Positions 19,132 through 28,506 of a stretch of DNA of 64,000 nucleotides are shown here, piece by piece. The stretch is from Gemmatimonadales bacterium (GTDB lineage: Bacteria; Gemmatimonadota; Gemmatimonadetes; Gemmatimonadales; GWC2-71-9), in the NCBI GenBank assembly GCA_035693225.1, contig DASSGV010000086.1, forward strand, positions 1,335 to 65,334, given 5' to 3'. Below the pieces are notes generated by a model that was not told the origin of the DNA, searched no databases, and saw nothing but the letters and a program-made list of their open reading frames with translations. Made by a program: the position numbers and the translations under genes. Each line of letters begins with the position of its first letter. The first letter of the stretch is position 1.

Positions 19132-19518
19132 ATGCGTGATCATACCAGCCTGAAAGCGTGGCAGTGCGCTCGTGCCGTAGCGTTCGGGGTGCTGCGCCTG
19201 GGACGTTCGCACTGGAAACCGTGGGCGGCAACACACTTCGACCAGGCGCTTCGAGCCTCGTTGTCGGTCCAGCTCAACATCGCCGAGGGTTATGCCTTCG
19301 GGGACGGACCCACATTCGTCCGTCATCTCCGGATCGCCTATGGCTCAGCGGTGGAGACGGGGGACATCCTCGTGTTGCTCAGGGATGCAGAGGTGGCAGA
19401 CATCGAGACCCTGGCGTCGCTGATCGATGCCAATGTCGAGGGCAAGGCGTGTTTGCTGGGATTGCTCCGACGGCGGAATGGCTGGCGCCCGGCCCAAGCC
19501 GGCACCCACCGATCGTGA
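19132..19518 (+). CDS. four-helix-bundle protein (PF05635 / TIGR02436, '23S rRNA intervening sequence protein', Avd-like)
   Basis: 128 aa with a diverged family pattern: L.AWQ.A......L......W......Q.LRAS.SV..NIAEGY......F...L.IAYGS..E. Confidence 0.8.
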   Translation: MRDHTSLKAWQCARAVAFGVLRLGRSHWKPWAATHFDQALRASLSVQLNIAEGYAFGDGPTFVRHLRIAYGSAVETGDILVLLRDAEVADIETLASLIDANVEGKACLLGLLRRRNGWRPAQAGTHRS

Positions 19519-19547
19519 CGGCCAATACCTTGCCTCTCCCGTTATCA

Positions 19548-19625
19548 CCCTCCCCTTTTCACTCTTCACTTCTCCTCTTCACTCCCCCTCTTCACTTTTC
19601 ACTCTTCACTTGTCACTTCTCCCCC
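19548..19625. repeat. right arm of inverted repeat (CTCTTCAC words)
   Basis: Sequence ccctccccttttcactcttcacttctcctcttcactccccctcttcacttttcactcttcacttgtcacttctccccc. It contains the last codons and the stop of pdxA on the minus strand. Confidence 0.85.
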
Positions 19626-20518
19626 AGCACCACCGCCAGATCCAGCGCCTTCCGCATGCTCCCGGCGTCTGCCGTGCCGGTCCCTGCGATGTCGAACGCC
19701 GTGCCGTGGTCCGGCGAGGTGCGTGGGAACGGCAGCCCCAGCGTGATATTCACCCCCGCGCCGAATGCCGCCACCTTGATGGCGGTCATCCCGACGTCGT
19801 GATAGGGCGCCAGGACCGCGTCGAACTCCCCCCGCATCGCGCGGACGAAGACGGTGTCGGCGGGAAAGGGACCGGCGGCGCCCAGCATCTTCGCGGCCGG
19901 CGCCAGGATCCGTGTTTCCTCGTCGCCGAAGAGCCCCTGCTCCCCGGCGTGCGGGTTGACGGCACAGAGCGCCAGTCGCGGCGCCGGTATACCGAACCAC
20001 TCCTGCAGGGCGCGGGTCGTCACCTGGCCGGTGCGGACGATCTTGTCGGCGGTGAGGAGGACGGGCACATCGCGGAATGGCACGTGGGTGGTCACCAGGA
20101 CCACCCGGAGGGCGTCGGCGGCGAGCATCATGGCCACCGGCACATCGCCGGCCAGGTGGGCCAGCCATTCGGTGTGTCCGGCAAACGGGAAGCCGGCGAG
20201 CCGGAGGGCGTGCTTCTCCAGCGGCGCCGTCACGATGGCGTCGACCTCGCCGTTCAGGGCGAGCCGGGCCGCGGTCTCCACCGCATGGCCGGCGATCTTC
20301 CCGGCCCGGACGGCGCGAGGGCGGTCGGCGGCGCCTTCGCCGCTTCCCGCCCCCCACTGTCCGACGGCGATCCGCCGTGCCGCCGGGATCTCCGCCACCT
20401 GGTCTTCCGCCCCGACCAGCGTGATCTCCGCATCGAGCGGTGCGGCCAGGGCCCGGGAGACGATCTCCGGCCCGATGCCGCGCGGGTCGCCGAGGGTCAC
20501 GGCGATCCGCCGGGTCAC
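19613..20518 (-). CDS. pdxA: 4-hydroxythreonine-4-phosphate dehydrogenase PdxA
   Basis: Motifs GDPRGIGPEI, GHTEWLA, NPHAGE, SPDHGTAFDIAG. The GTG start overlaps the surA stop (GTGA at 20515-20518). The ORF extension to 20674 lies inside surA. Confidence 0.9.
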   Translation of the reverse strand: MTRRIAVTLGDPRGIGPEIVSRALAAPLDAEITLVGAEDQVAEIPAARRIAVGQWGAGSGEGAADRPRAVRAGKIAGHAVETAARLALNGEVDAIVTAPLEKHALRLAGFPFAGHTEWLAHLAGDVPVAMMLAADALRVVLVTTHVPFRDVPVLLTADKIVRTGQVTTRALQEWFGIPAPRLALCAVNPHAGEQGLFGDEETRILAPAAKMLGAAGPFPADTVFVRAMRGEFDAVLAPYHDVGMTAIKVAAFGAGVNITLGLPFPRTSPDHGTAFDIAGTGTADAGSMRKALDLAVVLGEK

Positions 20519-21843
20519 GGCCCGCGCACCTCGACGAAGTTGTCGCGCCGGAGTCGGGCGATATAGCGCTGGACCGCCAGCTGCTTGGCCAGCTGCGGGC
20601 GCAGCTGGTCCTCCACTTCCTCGAACTTCATCGGCCCCGCGGCGCGTCGGCCGGTCACCATCGCGAAGGCCCACTTGCCCCGCAGGGAGTCGACGGGGTT
20701 GGGCAGCTGGAACACGTCGGTCACCTGCCCCGAGTCGGCCTGGACCACCATCCGGTAGGCGGCCGGCAGCTGATCCAGCGGGATGAAGTCGAACGACCGT
20801 TCCTCGCCGGAATCGGAATAGATCCGCTGCAGGGAGTCGAACGACGCCCCGGCCAGCACCTGGTCGCGCAGCTTCACCGCGAAGGCGCGGGCCGAATCGG
20901 ACTCACCCGCCGTGATGCCCGGGGTGATGAGCACGTGGCGCGCCTCGACCTCGGTGGGCTGCACGCGCTCGACCTGGATCACGTGATAGCCGAACGGCGT
21001 CTCGACCGGGTCGGAGATGACCCCGGGCTTGAGGCGGAACGCGACGTCGTCGAAGGCGCGGACCATCTGGCCCCGCCGGAACCAGCCGAGCTCGCCACCC
21101 TGCTCCTTGGACCCCGGGTCCTCCGAAAAGCGGCGGGCCGCCGAGGCGAAGTCGCCGCCGGCACGGAGCGCCTTCGCGATCGAATCGGCGGTGGCGAACG
21201 CCACCTTGCGGGCCGCCGGTGAGGCGCGGGGGGCCACCACGATCTGCTTGAATGCCACCGAGGCCTTCCGGGCCCCCTTGTCGGCCGCCGTGTTGAAGTA
21301 GTCCCGGAGCTCGCGCTCCGTCGGCGTCACCGGCTTCAACTTCTCGTTGTCGAAGAGCGAGGAGACCAGGTGGTTCTGCAGCAGCGTCCGACGCTGCTGG
21401 TCGGTGAGCCAGCGGCGATACTCCTCCGGGGAGATGAATCCGGCCTTCTTCAGTTCGTTCTTGTAGTCCAGCTCCGAGGCGAAGCTGGTGCGGATCTGGC
21501 GGATGCGCTGGTCCACGGCGTCCGAGACGTCCTGGTCGGTCACGTGGATGGTGGTGTCACGGAGGGCCTGCTGCACCAGGAGCTCTTCGTTGATCAGGTC
21601 GTTCAGGACCTGACCCCGCAGCTTGGCCAGCGAATCCGGATCGGTGGGGACGGCTTGTCCGGCCTGCTGGTCGGAGAAGATCCGCTCCTCGACCTGCGAA
21701 CTCAGGATCGGCACGTTCCCCACCACCGCCACGACGTGATCCACCGCTTCGCCCGTGTCGCCGGGCGCCTGGGCCGCGAGCAGCAGCGGCGCCAGGCACA
21801 GTGTCGACGCCAGGGCGGCGGCGGAGAACGCGCGCATCCTCAC
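20515..21843 (-). CDS. surA: periplasmic chaperone/peptidyl-prolyl isomerase SurA-like
   Basis: Signal peptide MRMRAFSAAALASTLCLAPLLLAAQA, a SurA_N-like region, and a parvulin domain (ARHVLITPG...PFGYHVIQV). Classic surA-pdxA synteny. Confidence 0.85.
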   Translation of the reverse strand: MRMRAFSAAALASTLCLAPLLLAAQAPGDTGEAVDHVVAVVGNVPILSSQVEERIFSDQQAGQAVPTDPDSLAKLRGQVLNDLINEELLVQQALRDTTIHVTDQDVSDAVDQRIRQIRTSFASELDYKNELKKAGFISPEEYRRWLTDQQRRTLLQNHLVSSLFDNEKLKPVTPTERELRDYFNTAADKGARKASVAFKQIVVAPRASPAARKVAFATADSIAKALRAGGDFASAARRFSEDPGSKEQGGELGWFRRGQMVRAFDDVAFRLKPGVISDPVETPFGYHVIQVERVQPTEVEARHVLITPGITAGESDSARAFAVKLRDQVLAGASFDSLQRIYSDSGEERSFDFIPLDQLPAAYRMVVQADSGQVTDVFQLPNPVDSLRGKWAFAMVTGRRAAGPMKFEEVEDQLRPQLAKQLAVQRYIARLRRDNFVEVRGP

Positions 21844-21844
21844 G

Positions 21845-23341
21845 TCACTTCTTCTTGGCGGGCGGAGCCGACGCCGGCGGATTCGACGGGGCCGCCGGTG
21901 CGGCAGAGCCGGGCAGCGGGGCCGGTGCGCCCGCTCCGCGATGGGCGCGCGCCGCGCTGTCCGCCGCCATCTCGCCCGCGGCCTTGATGTTCAGCGCCAG
22001 CTCGACCGCCCGGGCGGTGCCCTGCGGGTCGACCCGGCTCGGGAAGCGGTCCCGCAGGTAGTCCACCATCGGCGCGGGGATCGGGGTCATCCCGACCCGC
22101 GCTGCGAACCCATAGGCCAGGAACTGGTCGACCTTGAGCGCGGCGGCCTTTTCGCGATCGGCGAGCGGGGTGGCCGGATTGGAGATGTCCGCCCCGAGCC
22201 CCATCTTGGCCCGCAAGGTATCGAGCCCTGCCACATACGCCTGCCGCATCGTCTCCTGGTCGGCGGCCGAGACCTTGATGCCGTGCGCCCTGGCATCCTG
22301 GACGAAGAGCACGTTCTCCGCCACCCGGCTGATGAATCCCGAGATCTGCGAGTCGGTGGCCTGGCCCAGTCCGGAGGCGATCTGCGGCGGGAGGACGTTC
22401 ACCCAGCGCACCATCTCCTTGCCCTCGAGCTTGCCGCCGTCATACGTCGCGAACGCGGTGGTCGAATGCCGATACGATTCGGCGTCGGTGAGCAGCTCGC
22501 GGAGCTTGAGCGGCGCCTTGGAGGCCACCTTCAAGTGCTTGGACTTGGCCAGGCTGTCGAAATACATCTGGTCGAGCATCAACCCGGCACGACGATCGAG
22601 GAAATCGAGGAACCGCCCCCGCACCTCCGCCACCGGTGGACGCCGGACGATATGGTACCCATACGGCGTCGACACGATCCCGCTCACGGCCCCCGGCGCC
22701 AGCACCCACGCCGCACTGTCGAACGACGTGACGTAGGCACCCCGCGGCGCCGGATCCATGTAGCCGGAATCCTTGGCGCTGCCGGGATCGCCCGAGAGCT
22801 TGAGCGCCAACGCGCCGAAGTTGGCCCCCGCCCGCACCTGGGCCGCCGCCGCGGTGATCGCCTTGAGGGCCCGGGCCCGGGCGGTGTCCGGCGCGTTGGC
22901 CGGGAGCCGGATCAGGATGTGCTGCACCAGCCGGAGCGCCTGGGTGTCGGTGCTCACGTACGCGCTGTCGACCGATTTGTCGGTGAAATTGGTGTGCCGC
23001 GCAACCACGGAATCGTGCCACTCCCCGGCCAGCCGCTCGGTCATCTCCGGCCACATCACCTCGGCCACCGCGGCGGAATCGGTAGCGATCTTCCCGTCGG
23101 CCACCGCGAGCGCGAACAGGTGGTAGTTGATCCACAGGTTCGCCACGAAATCGGCGGTCGCGGGGGAGAGCTGCGCGCCCTTCAGGCCCGCCAGCGTCAC
23201 CGCGAGCGAGTCCGGCGAGAGGGAGATCGGCCCGGCAGACGCCGCTTCCTTGGCGTGGGCGCTGAACAGGTTGCCGATCCCGCCCCGGCAACCGGCGACG
23301 AGGACCAGGCCGAGCCCGAGGTACAACGTGATGCGGCGCAT
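21845..23341 (-). CDS. parvulin-type peptidyl-prolyl isomerase lipoprotein (PpiC/SurA-N family)
   Basis: Lipobox LVLVAGC. Rotamase domain VQHILIRLPAN...GDPGSAKDSGYM...YGYHIVRR. Ala/Pro-rich C-terminal tail. Confidence 0.82.
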   Translation of the reverse strand: MRRITLYLGLGLVLVAGCRGGIGNLFSAHAKEAASAGPISLSPDSLAVTLAGLKGAQLSPATADFVANLWINYHLFALAVADGKIATDSAAVAEVMWPEMTERLAGEWHDSVVARHTNFTDKSVDSAYVSTDTQALRLVQHILIRLPANAPDTARARALKAITAAAAQVRAGANFGALALKLSGDPGSAKDSGYMDPAPRGAYVTSFDSAAWVLAPGAVSGIVSTPYGYHIVRRPPVAEVRGRFLDFLDRRAGLMLDQMYFDSLAKSKHLKVASKAPLKLRELLTDAESYRHSTTAFATYDGGKLEGKEMVRWVNVLPPQIASGLGQATDSQISGFISRVAENVLFVQDARAHGIKVSAADQETMRQAYVAGLDTLRAKMGLGADISNPATPLADREKAAALKVDQFLAYGFAARVGMTPIPAPMVDYLRDRFPSRVDPQGTARAVELALNIKAAGEMAADSAARAHRGAGAPAPLPGSAAPAAPSNPPASAPPAKKK

Positions 23342-26300
23342 CTAATCTCCCTGGGAGTGTACGGTCGCGTGGACGGCGCTCAGGGCGCGGACCAACGCGG
23401 GGACCAGCGGCTCGCCACCGAGCCGCGTCAGACGAAGGGCGAGTGGGACCGTCCGGCGGACCTCCGCGGCCAACTGGACGTCGTCGAGCGCGCGGGTGAG
23501 GCCGGTCAGGCGGGGAGCGGCACCGGCGCGGAACGACAGCCGCACCTCATCGCCCTGCACCAACACGTTCTGCAGACCCAGCCGGGCGCCCAACACCCGG
23601 AGCCGGGCCACGTCCAGCAACACCGCCACCGGCTTCGGGACCGGCCCGAACCGGTCCCGCAGCTCCTCATCAAGCGCATCAATTTCACCCGATGACGCGG
23701 CCCGCGCCAGTCGGCGGTAGATGTCCAGTTTGGCGTCGTCCGCCGGGACATACCCATCGGGCAGGTGGCTCGGCTGGTCGATGGCCACCTCCGGCGGCAC
23801 CGGCGCATTCCCGCCCTGCACCGCCCCGTGCAACGCCTCGACCGTTTCCTCCAGCCAGCGCAGGTAGAGGTCGAAGCCCACCGCGTGGGCGTGCCCCGAC
23901 TGTTCCGCGCCCAGCAGGTTCCCGGCCCCGCGGATCTCCAGGTCCTTCACCGCGATGCGGTAGCCGGCCCCGAGTTCGGTGTGGTGCTCCAGCACCTTGA
24001 GCCGTTCCTGCGCCATGAGGTCGAGCTCGTCCGGCGCCAGCAGGTAGCAATACGCCCGCCGGTGGCTCCGCCCCACCCGTCCCCGCAACTGGTAGAGCTG
24101 CGCCAGGCCGAACCGGTGCGCATCGTGCACCACCATCGTGTTGGCGTTGGGAACGTCGAGCCCCGACTCCACGATCATCGTCGACACCAGGATGTCGAGC
24201 TCCCCCCGCACGAACGCCTCCATCACGCTCTCCAGCTCCTCCGCCCCCTGCTGTCCGTGCGCCACCCCCACCCGGGCCCGCGGCGCCAGCTTCCGCACCC
24301 GCTGCGCGATCGTCGCGATGGTCTCGATCCGGTTGTGCACCACGAACACCTGCCCGCCCCGATCGAGCTCCCGCGCGAACGCCTCCTCCAGCAAGGCGTC
24401 GTCCCAGGGCTCCACGAAGGTGAGCACCGGCGACCGGTCCCGCGGCGCGGTCTCGATGAGCGTCAGGTCGCGCAGGCCGGTGAGGGAAAGGTGGAGGGTC
24501 CGGGGGATCGGGGTCGCGGTCATCGTCAGCACATCCACCGCCAGCTTGAGCGCCTTGATCCGCTCCTTGTGCTTCACCCCGAAGCGATGCTCCTCGTCGA
24601 CCACGAGAAGTCCCACGTCCTTGAACGACACGTCGGGCGAGAGGAGCCGGTGGGTCCCGATCACGATGTCGGTCTCGCCGGTGGCCAGGCGCGCCAACGC
24701 TGCCGCCTGCTCCTTGCCGGTGCGGAAGCGCGAGAGCACTTCCAGGTGCACCGGAAAGTCGGCCATCCGTTCCTGGAAGGTCCGCCCGTGCTGCTCCGCC
24801 AGGATGGTGGTGGGGACCAGCACCGCGACCTGCTTTCCACCCTGCACCGCCTTGAACGCCGCCCGCACCGCGACCTCGGTCTTGCCGTACCCGACGTCGC
24901 CCACCAGGAGCCGGTCCATCGGTCGCGGCAGCTCCATGTCGTGCTTGACGTCGGCGGTGGCGGTCCGCTGGTCCGGGGTGTCCTCGTAGAGGAATCCCGA
25001 TTCGAGCTCGCGCTGCTGGCGGGTGTCGGGTGGGAACGCATACCCCGCGGTCACCTTGCGCCGGGCATAGAGATCCACCAACTCCCCCGCCATCTGCCGG
25101 ATGGCCGCCCGGGTCCGGTCCCGGGTCTTCTGCCACGCCGATCCGCCGATGGTGTGAAGCTTCGGCGGTGGACGATCGCCGTCGTCCCCGGCGGCGCGAT
25201 AATGTTCGAGCAGGTCGAGTCGGTAGAGTGGCACGTTCACCCGGGTCCCGCCGGCGTATTCCACCATCGCCACTTCAAGCGTCCCCGCGCCGATGGTGAT
25301 GGTCTCGATCCCGCGGTAGATCCCGATCCCGTGGTCCAGATGGACCACGTAATCCCCGGCGGAGAGCGCGCCGGTCGCCGACGACGGCGCGGCGGTGCGG
25401 TACCGCCGGGCCCGCCGGAGCCGCCGGGCACGGCGGAAGATCTCATGGTCGGTCAGCACCCGGAGCGTCGACATCACGAAGCCGCCGTCGAGGGCGCCGA
25501 CCTTGAGCGCGGCATTCACGATGCGCGCACCTTCGGAGAGCAGGTCGTCGAGCCGCTCCCGCTGACCTTCGTTGTCGCAGAGGATGACGCTGGGATGATC
25601 GCCGGACAGGACGGCACGGAGCCGCCCCAGGTCGCGGTCCACCCGCTCCGGCGGCAGGAACCCCATGTCGAGCGCCGGTGCCCGATCGCGGACGGTGAGC
25701 CGGGCGAACTTGCCCAACGCCCGCATCCAGCGATCGGGCGCCTCCAGCACCTCCTCCCGCGCCGGGGCCTCCTCTCCCAACTTCCGCGCCACGGCCAGAT
25801 GATGCTCGGCGTCCCGCCAGGCCCGCTGCACTTCCTCGGCGTCGGGGCCCTCCCGCTCCTGCAGGACAAGGGCGTCGACCGGCAGGAGTTCCAGCAGGCT
25901 CCGCCGCGGCGCCGGGGCTTCTCCCTTGGCCCGCCCCTTTCCGACCACGCCGCGGTCCGGTGCCCGCACCGGCAGGATGGTCACGTCGGCCAGCGGCCCC
26001 AGTGAACGCTGCGTCGTCAGGTCGAACGCGCGCAATGAAATGAGGTCGTCCCCCCACCACTCCGCCCGCACCGGTTGGGCCATCCCGAATCCATACGCGT
26101 CGACGATCCCGCCCCGCACGCTGTACTCGGCCACTGCCGAGACCGTAGGGACCCGCTGGTAGCCCATCGCCTCGAGTCGCTCCGTCACCGACGCGAGCGT
26201 CGGTCCCTCCGCCAGATCCTTGCCGTCCTCCGGCGCACGCAATGTCAGCCGCGCCGACTCCAGCGCAGCCGCCATCGGGGTGCGCTCGGCCGTCGCCCGC

Positions 26301-26710
26301 GCGGTGGTCACCAGGATCCGGATCCGTCCGTGCGCCAGGTCGTCCAAGGTCTCGGCCCGCTCGCCGGCGATCTCGTAGTGCGATTCCTCCTCACCCAACG
26401 ACTCCCGCTGCGGATAGTGCCCCACCGGCAGTTCGGTCAGGTGCTTCAAGTCGGTGAGCCATCGCTCCGCCTCGGCCGGCCCCGGCGCCACGATGGCGAT
26501 GAGCCGCTCCGGATGGGCCCGCGCGAGCGATGCGGCGAGGACCACGGGGCTCGATCCTGGAAGTCCGCCGAGCGCCAGGCGCTCCGCACGGGCGGGGAGC
26601 CGGGGCCCCAGCTCGAATGCCCCGCGGGTCCGGTCGAAGGCGTCGACGATCAGGTCGAGCGGGCCCGACCTGGGTGTGGTCTGGTTGGGCGGACGTACGG
26701 TCGCAGTCAC
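23342..26710 (-). CDS. mfd: transcription-repair coupling factor Mfd
   Basis: 1122 aa with a CarD-like RNAP-interaction domain (GDYVVHLDHGIGIY), SF2 helicase motifs (GDVGYGKTEVA, VVDEEHRFG, TATPIPRT) and a TRG motif. The GTG start overlaps the upstream stop (GTGA). Confidence 0.95.
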   Translation of the reverse strand: MTATVRPPNQTTPRSGPLDLIVDAFDRTRGAFELGPRLPARAERLALGGLPGSSPVVLAASLARAHPERLIAIVAPGPAEAERWLTDLKHLTELPVGHYPQRESLGEEESHYEIAGERAETLDDLAHGRIRILVTTARATAERTPMAAALESARLTLRAPEDGKDLAEGPTLASVTERLEAMGYQRVPTVSAVAEYSVRGGIVDAYGFGMAQPVRAEWWGDDLISLRAFDLTTQRSLGPLADVTILPVRAPDRGVVGKGRAKGEAPAPRRSLLELLPVDALVLQEREGPDAEEVQRAWRDAEHHLAVARKLGEEAPAREEVLEAPDRWMRALGKFARLTVRDRAPALDMGFLPPERVDRDLGRLRAVLSGDHPSVILCDNEGQRERLDDLLSEGARIVNAALKVGALDGGFVMSTLRVLTDHEIFRRARRLRRARRYRTAAPSSATGALSAGDYVVHLDHGIGIYRGIETITIGAGTLEVAMVEYAGGTRVNVPLYRLDLLEHYRAAGDDGDRPPPKLHTIGGSAWQKTRDRTRAAIRQMAGELVDLYARRKVTAGYAFPPDTRQQRELESGFLYEDTPDQRTATADVKHDMELPRPMDRLLVGDVGYGKTEVAVRAAFKAVQGGKQVAVLVPTTILAEQHGRTFQERMADFPVHLEVLSRFRTGKEQAAALARLATGETDIVIGTHRLLSPDVSFKDVGLLVVDEEHRFGVKHKERIKALKLAVDVLTMTATPIPRTLHLSLTGLRDLTLIETAPRDRSPVLTFVEPWDDALLEEAFARELDRGGQVFVVHNRIETIATIAQRVRKLAPRARVGVAHGQQGAEELESVMEAFVRGELDILVSTMIVESGLDVPNANTMVVHDAHRFGLAQLYQLRGRVGRSHRRAYCYLLAPDELDLMAQERLKVLEHHTELGAGYRIAVKDLEIRGAGNLLGAEQSGHAHAVGFDLYLRWLEETVEALHGAVQGGNAPVPPEVAIDQPSHLPDGYVPADDAKLDIYRRLARAASSGEIDALDEELRDRFGPVPKPVAVLLDVARLRVLGARLGLQNVLVQGDEVRLSFRAGAAPRLTGLTRALDDVQLAAEVRRTVPLALRLTRLGGEPLVPALVRALSAVHATVHSQGD

Positions 26711-28506
26711 TCGGTGGAATCCCTCCGCGGCGCGCCAGCGCCAGCAACGATCAGTTCGGCGAACGCCAGGATCAACGCTGCCCAGAGCAGTGGACCGCGC
26801 AGGTCGGTCCGTCCGGCCAGGCCGAATGCGGCCGCCGGCACATCAGCAAGTCCGATCACCCGCGCCGTGGGCCACAGCGCGCGCACGCTCGCGGCGTCGG
26901 CTGGTGTCAGGTCCGACTCCCTCGGATCGGCGTTGGCGGCCAGCGCGCCGACGGTGTCGCCCCGCGACAGCAGCCAGTAGAGGCCGGGCGTCGGCGGGAC
27001 GAACGCCGCGCCACCTTCGACCCGCGCCTTCCGGTCGCTCCAGCGGACAAGGTCGACGGCCGCGGGAAGGAGCACCGGCTCGCCGACCGACCCGTCGATC
27101 GTGGCCTCCTGGCCGAGGGCGATCCGCCCGACCAGCGCATCCACGAACGGGACGAATCCAGCCACCAACGGGAGGTCCGTCCACTCCGGCTCCAGCCGGC
27201 TTCCGAACAGCAGAGCCGACCCGGACCGCACCAGCCACGGTGCGCCATCGACGGAAAGGAGCACCCCGGTCTGACCGCTTCCGGTTGCCTCCAGCCGGTA
27301 GCGCCGGACCACCCGCACCGGACGGAGCCAGACGGAACTGTCGGTCGTGGCGCTGTCCTGGATCGGCGCGCCGTACCTCCACGCCACACCCCGCGCCGCC
27401 AGCTGGCGGTCGAGTGCACCGACTTGTGCGGGGTCGCTCGGCGGCCAGATGATCGACCGACCGCTGCCGAGGCTTCCGAGCCGGATCCCGTCCCCCGGCG
27501 CCACCCGGCCGTCCGCGGCGAGCGTCGCGAGGGCGGCCGCCACGTACCGATCCGCGGGCGACCACGCCACCCGCGCCGGCGGTGCCACACGGATCGCGAC
27601 GGTGCGGGCATCGTCGCCCCGGAGTTCGTCAGGATCGAGGCGCGCCGTGAGCGGATACCACCCGGGCCGCCCGCCCGGCAGGGTGACGACTGCGGGGCGC
27701 CCGAGCCCCACCACCGCCTGACGGGCCGGTCCCGTTCCCAGCGTCACCGCCACCGCAACCGGTGTCGAGTCGTGGTCGCCGGTCACGGTCAGCGTGATCC
27801 TGCCGCCGTCGGGCCCCCACGGTTCTGCGCCGGTGGCGATCGCCGCGATGCCGAGGTTCGGCACCGCAGGTCCACCCGGCGCCGTGACCAGGATCGGATG
27901 ACGGGTCGCGGCGGCGCTCAGCCCGCTCTGCTGCAGGTCCGTCAAGACCACGATCCCACCGGGCCGATCCTCGCCGTCCAGGATCCGGCCGGCCAGATCC
28001 ACGCTCCGGCCCAGGTCCATCCGTCCGGCGCTCACCGGGAGCGAATCGACCATTCGGCCGAGGTCCGCCGGGCCGCCGCGATGGGGAACGCCGTCGGTGG
28101 CGATGAGCCAGAGTCGGTCCCCGGCGCTCGCGCGGGCGAGCAGGGCGCGGGCGGCGCGGCGCAGCCGGTCGATGCGGGGCGTCCCGCCCGCGGTGACGCC
28201 GGTCGAGAGCGAGTTGTCGAACACCAGCACCAGCGCCATCGGTGCGTGCGGTCCGGTCGATCGGAGCGGGAGCGTCGGCCCCGCGGCCGCGAACACCAGG
28301 GCCATCACCAGGAGCGTGCGCAGGAGCAGCAGGAGCCACTGGCGCAGCCGGAGTCGGTGCTGGTGCTGCCGCGACGCGTCCCGCAGGTATCGCACCGCCG
28401 GGAAGAGAACCGTCGGCGGCTCGCGTTGCGCCCGAAAGTGGAGGAGCAGCGGGATCGCCGCAGCCACCAGGCCCGCGAGCGCCCACGGGTACAGGAATCC
28501 GATCAC
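26707..28506 (-). CDS. BatA-N (aerotolerance regulator N-terminal, PF07584/TIGR02226) domain membrane protein with vWA-like region
   Basis: N-terminus MIGFLYPWALAGLVAAAIPLLLHFRAQREPPTVLFPAVRYL, a second TM, and a vWA-like block (MALVLVFDNSLS). The GTG start overlaps the DUF58 stop. Confidence 0.8.
   Translation of the reverse strand: MIGFLYPWALAGLVAAAIPLLLHFRAQREPPTVLFPAVRYLRDASRQHQHRLRLRQWLLLLLRTLLVMALVFAAAGPTLPLRSTGPHAPMALVLVFDNSLSTGVTAGGTPRIDRLRRAARALLARASAGDRLWLIATDGVPHRGGPADLGRMVDSLPVSAGRMDLGRSVDLAGRILDGEDRPGGIVVLTDLQQSGLSAAATRHPILVTAPGGPAVPNLGIAAIATGAEPWGPDGGRITLTVTGDHDSTPVAVAVTLGTGPARQAVVGLGRPAVVTLPGGRPGWYPLTARLDPDELRGDDARTVAIRVAPPARVAWSPADRYVAAALATLAADGRVAPGDGIRLGSLGSGRSIIWPPSDPAQVGALDRQLAARGVAWRYGAPIQDSATTDSSVWLRPVRVVRRYRLEATGSGQTGVLLSVDGAPWLVRSGSALLFGSRLEPEWTDLPLVAGFVPFVDALVGRIALGQEATIDGSVGEPVLLPAAVDLVRWSDRKARVEGGAAFVPPTPGLYWLLSRGDTVGALAANADPRESDLTPADAASVRALWPTARVIGLADVPAAAFGLAGRTDLRGPLLWAALILAFAELIVAGAGAPRRDSTE

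Noticed and set aside
19132-19518. Diversity-generating retroelement, because the 4HB proteins belong to the Avd family (also 47457..47807)
   Set aside because: There is no reverse transcriptase ORF, no template/variable repeat pair with A-specific differences, and no target gene nearby.
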